Shown here in pieces: positions 63,481 through 64,000 of a stretch of 64,000 bases of DNA. A program made the translations under genes and the position numbers. This DNA is from an uncultured Desulfobacteraceae bacterium (GTDB lineage Bacteria; Desulfobacterota; DSM-4660; Desulfatiglandales; HGW-15), in NCBI GenBank assembly GCA_964520425.1, contig CAZFMX010000001.1, forward strand, positions 48,764 through 112,763, given 5' to 3'. The notes below the pieces were generated by a model. It saw nothing but the letters and a program-made list of their open reading frames with translations. It was not told the DNA's origin and did no database searches. Within the stretch, counting starts at the first letter, position 1. Each line of letters begins with the position of its first letter.

Positions 63481-64000
63481 ATGGCGGTTATAACCATATC
63501 AAGACAGTTCGGGGCCGGGGGTTGGGTTCTTGGCGAAAGACTGGCAAAAAGGCTCGGGTATCGTTATGTCAATGAGGGAATGATCCAGGAAGTGGCAAAG
63601 AAGGGGAAGATCTCATCAGGACGCGTGCGTGTATTTGAAAAATCTGGAACCAATAAATTGATGAAGTTCCTTGATAGACTGGTCTCTACAGATTCCGTGG
63701 ATCGTTTTGTCTCTGAAAGGCACGGGCATTTGGATGAAAAGGACTATGTGAAGATAGTTCGTGGCATATTCGAGGAGCTTCATGAAAAGGGGAATGCCAT
63801 CATCATAGGGAGGGGCGGTCAATATATTCTCAAGGGTTATTCCAACGTTCATCATGTTTTACTCGTAGCAGACGTGAAGAGTAGAATTCGTTTAATCATG
63901 GACACCCACAAACTAACGGAAGATAAGGCCAAGGCCATGATTAAACAGATGGAAAATCAGCGAGCCCGGGTCTTACGCCTATTTTCAGGACATGAATTCC
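63481..64000 (+). CDS. cytidylate kinase-like family (PF13189-type) protein, paralog 3, truncated by window end
   Basis: My translation gives MAVITISRQFGAGGWVLGERLAKRLGYRYVNEGMIQEVAKKG...IIIGRGGQYILKGYSNVHHVLLVADVKSRI... It stays open to the window edge. AGGAGG RBS at about 63471. Absent from the ORF track because it has no stop. Confidence 0.7.
   Translation, partial: MAVITISRQFGAGGWVLGERLAKRLGYRYVNEGMIQEVAKKGKISSGRVRVFEKSGTNKLMKFLDRLVSTDSVDRFVSERHGHLDEKDYVKIVRGIFEELHEKGNAIIIGRGGQYILKGYSNVHHVLLVADVKSRIRLIMDTHKLTEDKAKAMIKQMENQRARVLRLFSGHEF

Noticed and set aside
1-64000. Scan for tRNA, rRNA, CRISPR arrays, intact IS elements and prophage or defence genes.
   Set aside because: I saw no T-arm GGTTCGAATCC-type motifs in tRNA-like context, no spaced direct-repeat arrays, and no integrase, transposase (other than the fragment at 878), restriction or other defence hallmarks. 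A by-eye scan can miss divergent elements.

Overview
This 64 kb chromosomal window looks like it comes from an anaerobic Desulfobacterota-type (deltaproteobacterial) or related lineage. That placement is an inference from the sigma-54-heavy regulation, an HdrD/DsrK-like selenoprotein and the overall gene content. I found no rRNA, tRNA or CRISPR by eye.

Layout:
- 1-7.3 kb: thiM 5' end, a UPF0016 transporter, a transposase remnant, then a tight operon of unknown function. The operon holds two cytidylate-kinase-like/BON proteins flanking a TSUP (TauE/SafE) permease and a small membrane protein, followed by a histidine kinase, a receiver protein and a hypoxanthine-DNA glycosylase.
- 7.9-28 kb: a large Cu/Ag homeostasis island. 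It starts with a ZraSR-like kinase plus sigma-54 activator. Next come a textbook sigma-54 promoter, an internally duplicated Met-rich lipoprotein and a periplasmic YHS protein. Then follow small His/Met-rich proteins, a PII-like protein, a 22% Met secreted protein, a SHOCT protein, CopA with YHS and HMBD domains, and CusCBA with a 1305 aa CusA.
- 28-29.3 kb: an HdrD/DsrK-like Fe-S protein that the ORF track splits at an in-frame TGA. I predict selenocysteine there, with a SECIS-like hairpin downstream.
- 29.5-48 kb: mixed housekeeping and accessory genes (rbgA, lepA, hemW, ychF, FMN reductase, TspO-like, DUF523/DUF1722, methyltransferase, a secreted PI3/4-kinase-like protein, an orphan RelE-like protein). 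A candidate sigma-54-dependent sRNA also lies here.
- 48.8-57.1 kb: an envelope-stress supercluster. It has two diverged copies of a sigma-54 promoter-pspA-pspC module, interleaved with an ECF sigma/anti-sigma pair, three DUF4097 (toast-rack) proteins and a BamE-like lipoprotein. No pspF-type activator is nearby.
- 57.1-63.2 kb: a MacAB-TolC-like tripartite ABC efflux operon with two separate FtsX permeases. It is preceded by an ECF-type promoter motif resembling the one upstream of the ECF sigma gene.
- 63.5 kb to the end: a third cytidylate-kinase-like paralog, truncated by the window edge.

Start codons were chosen by eye from RBS context and often differ from the ORF-track starts. Family names come from motif recognition from memory, not from database searches.
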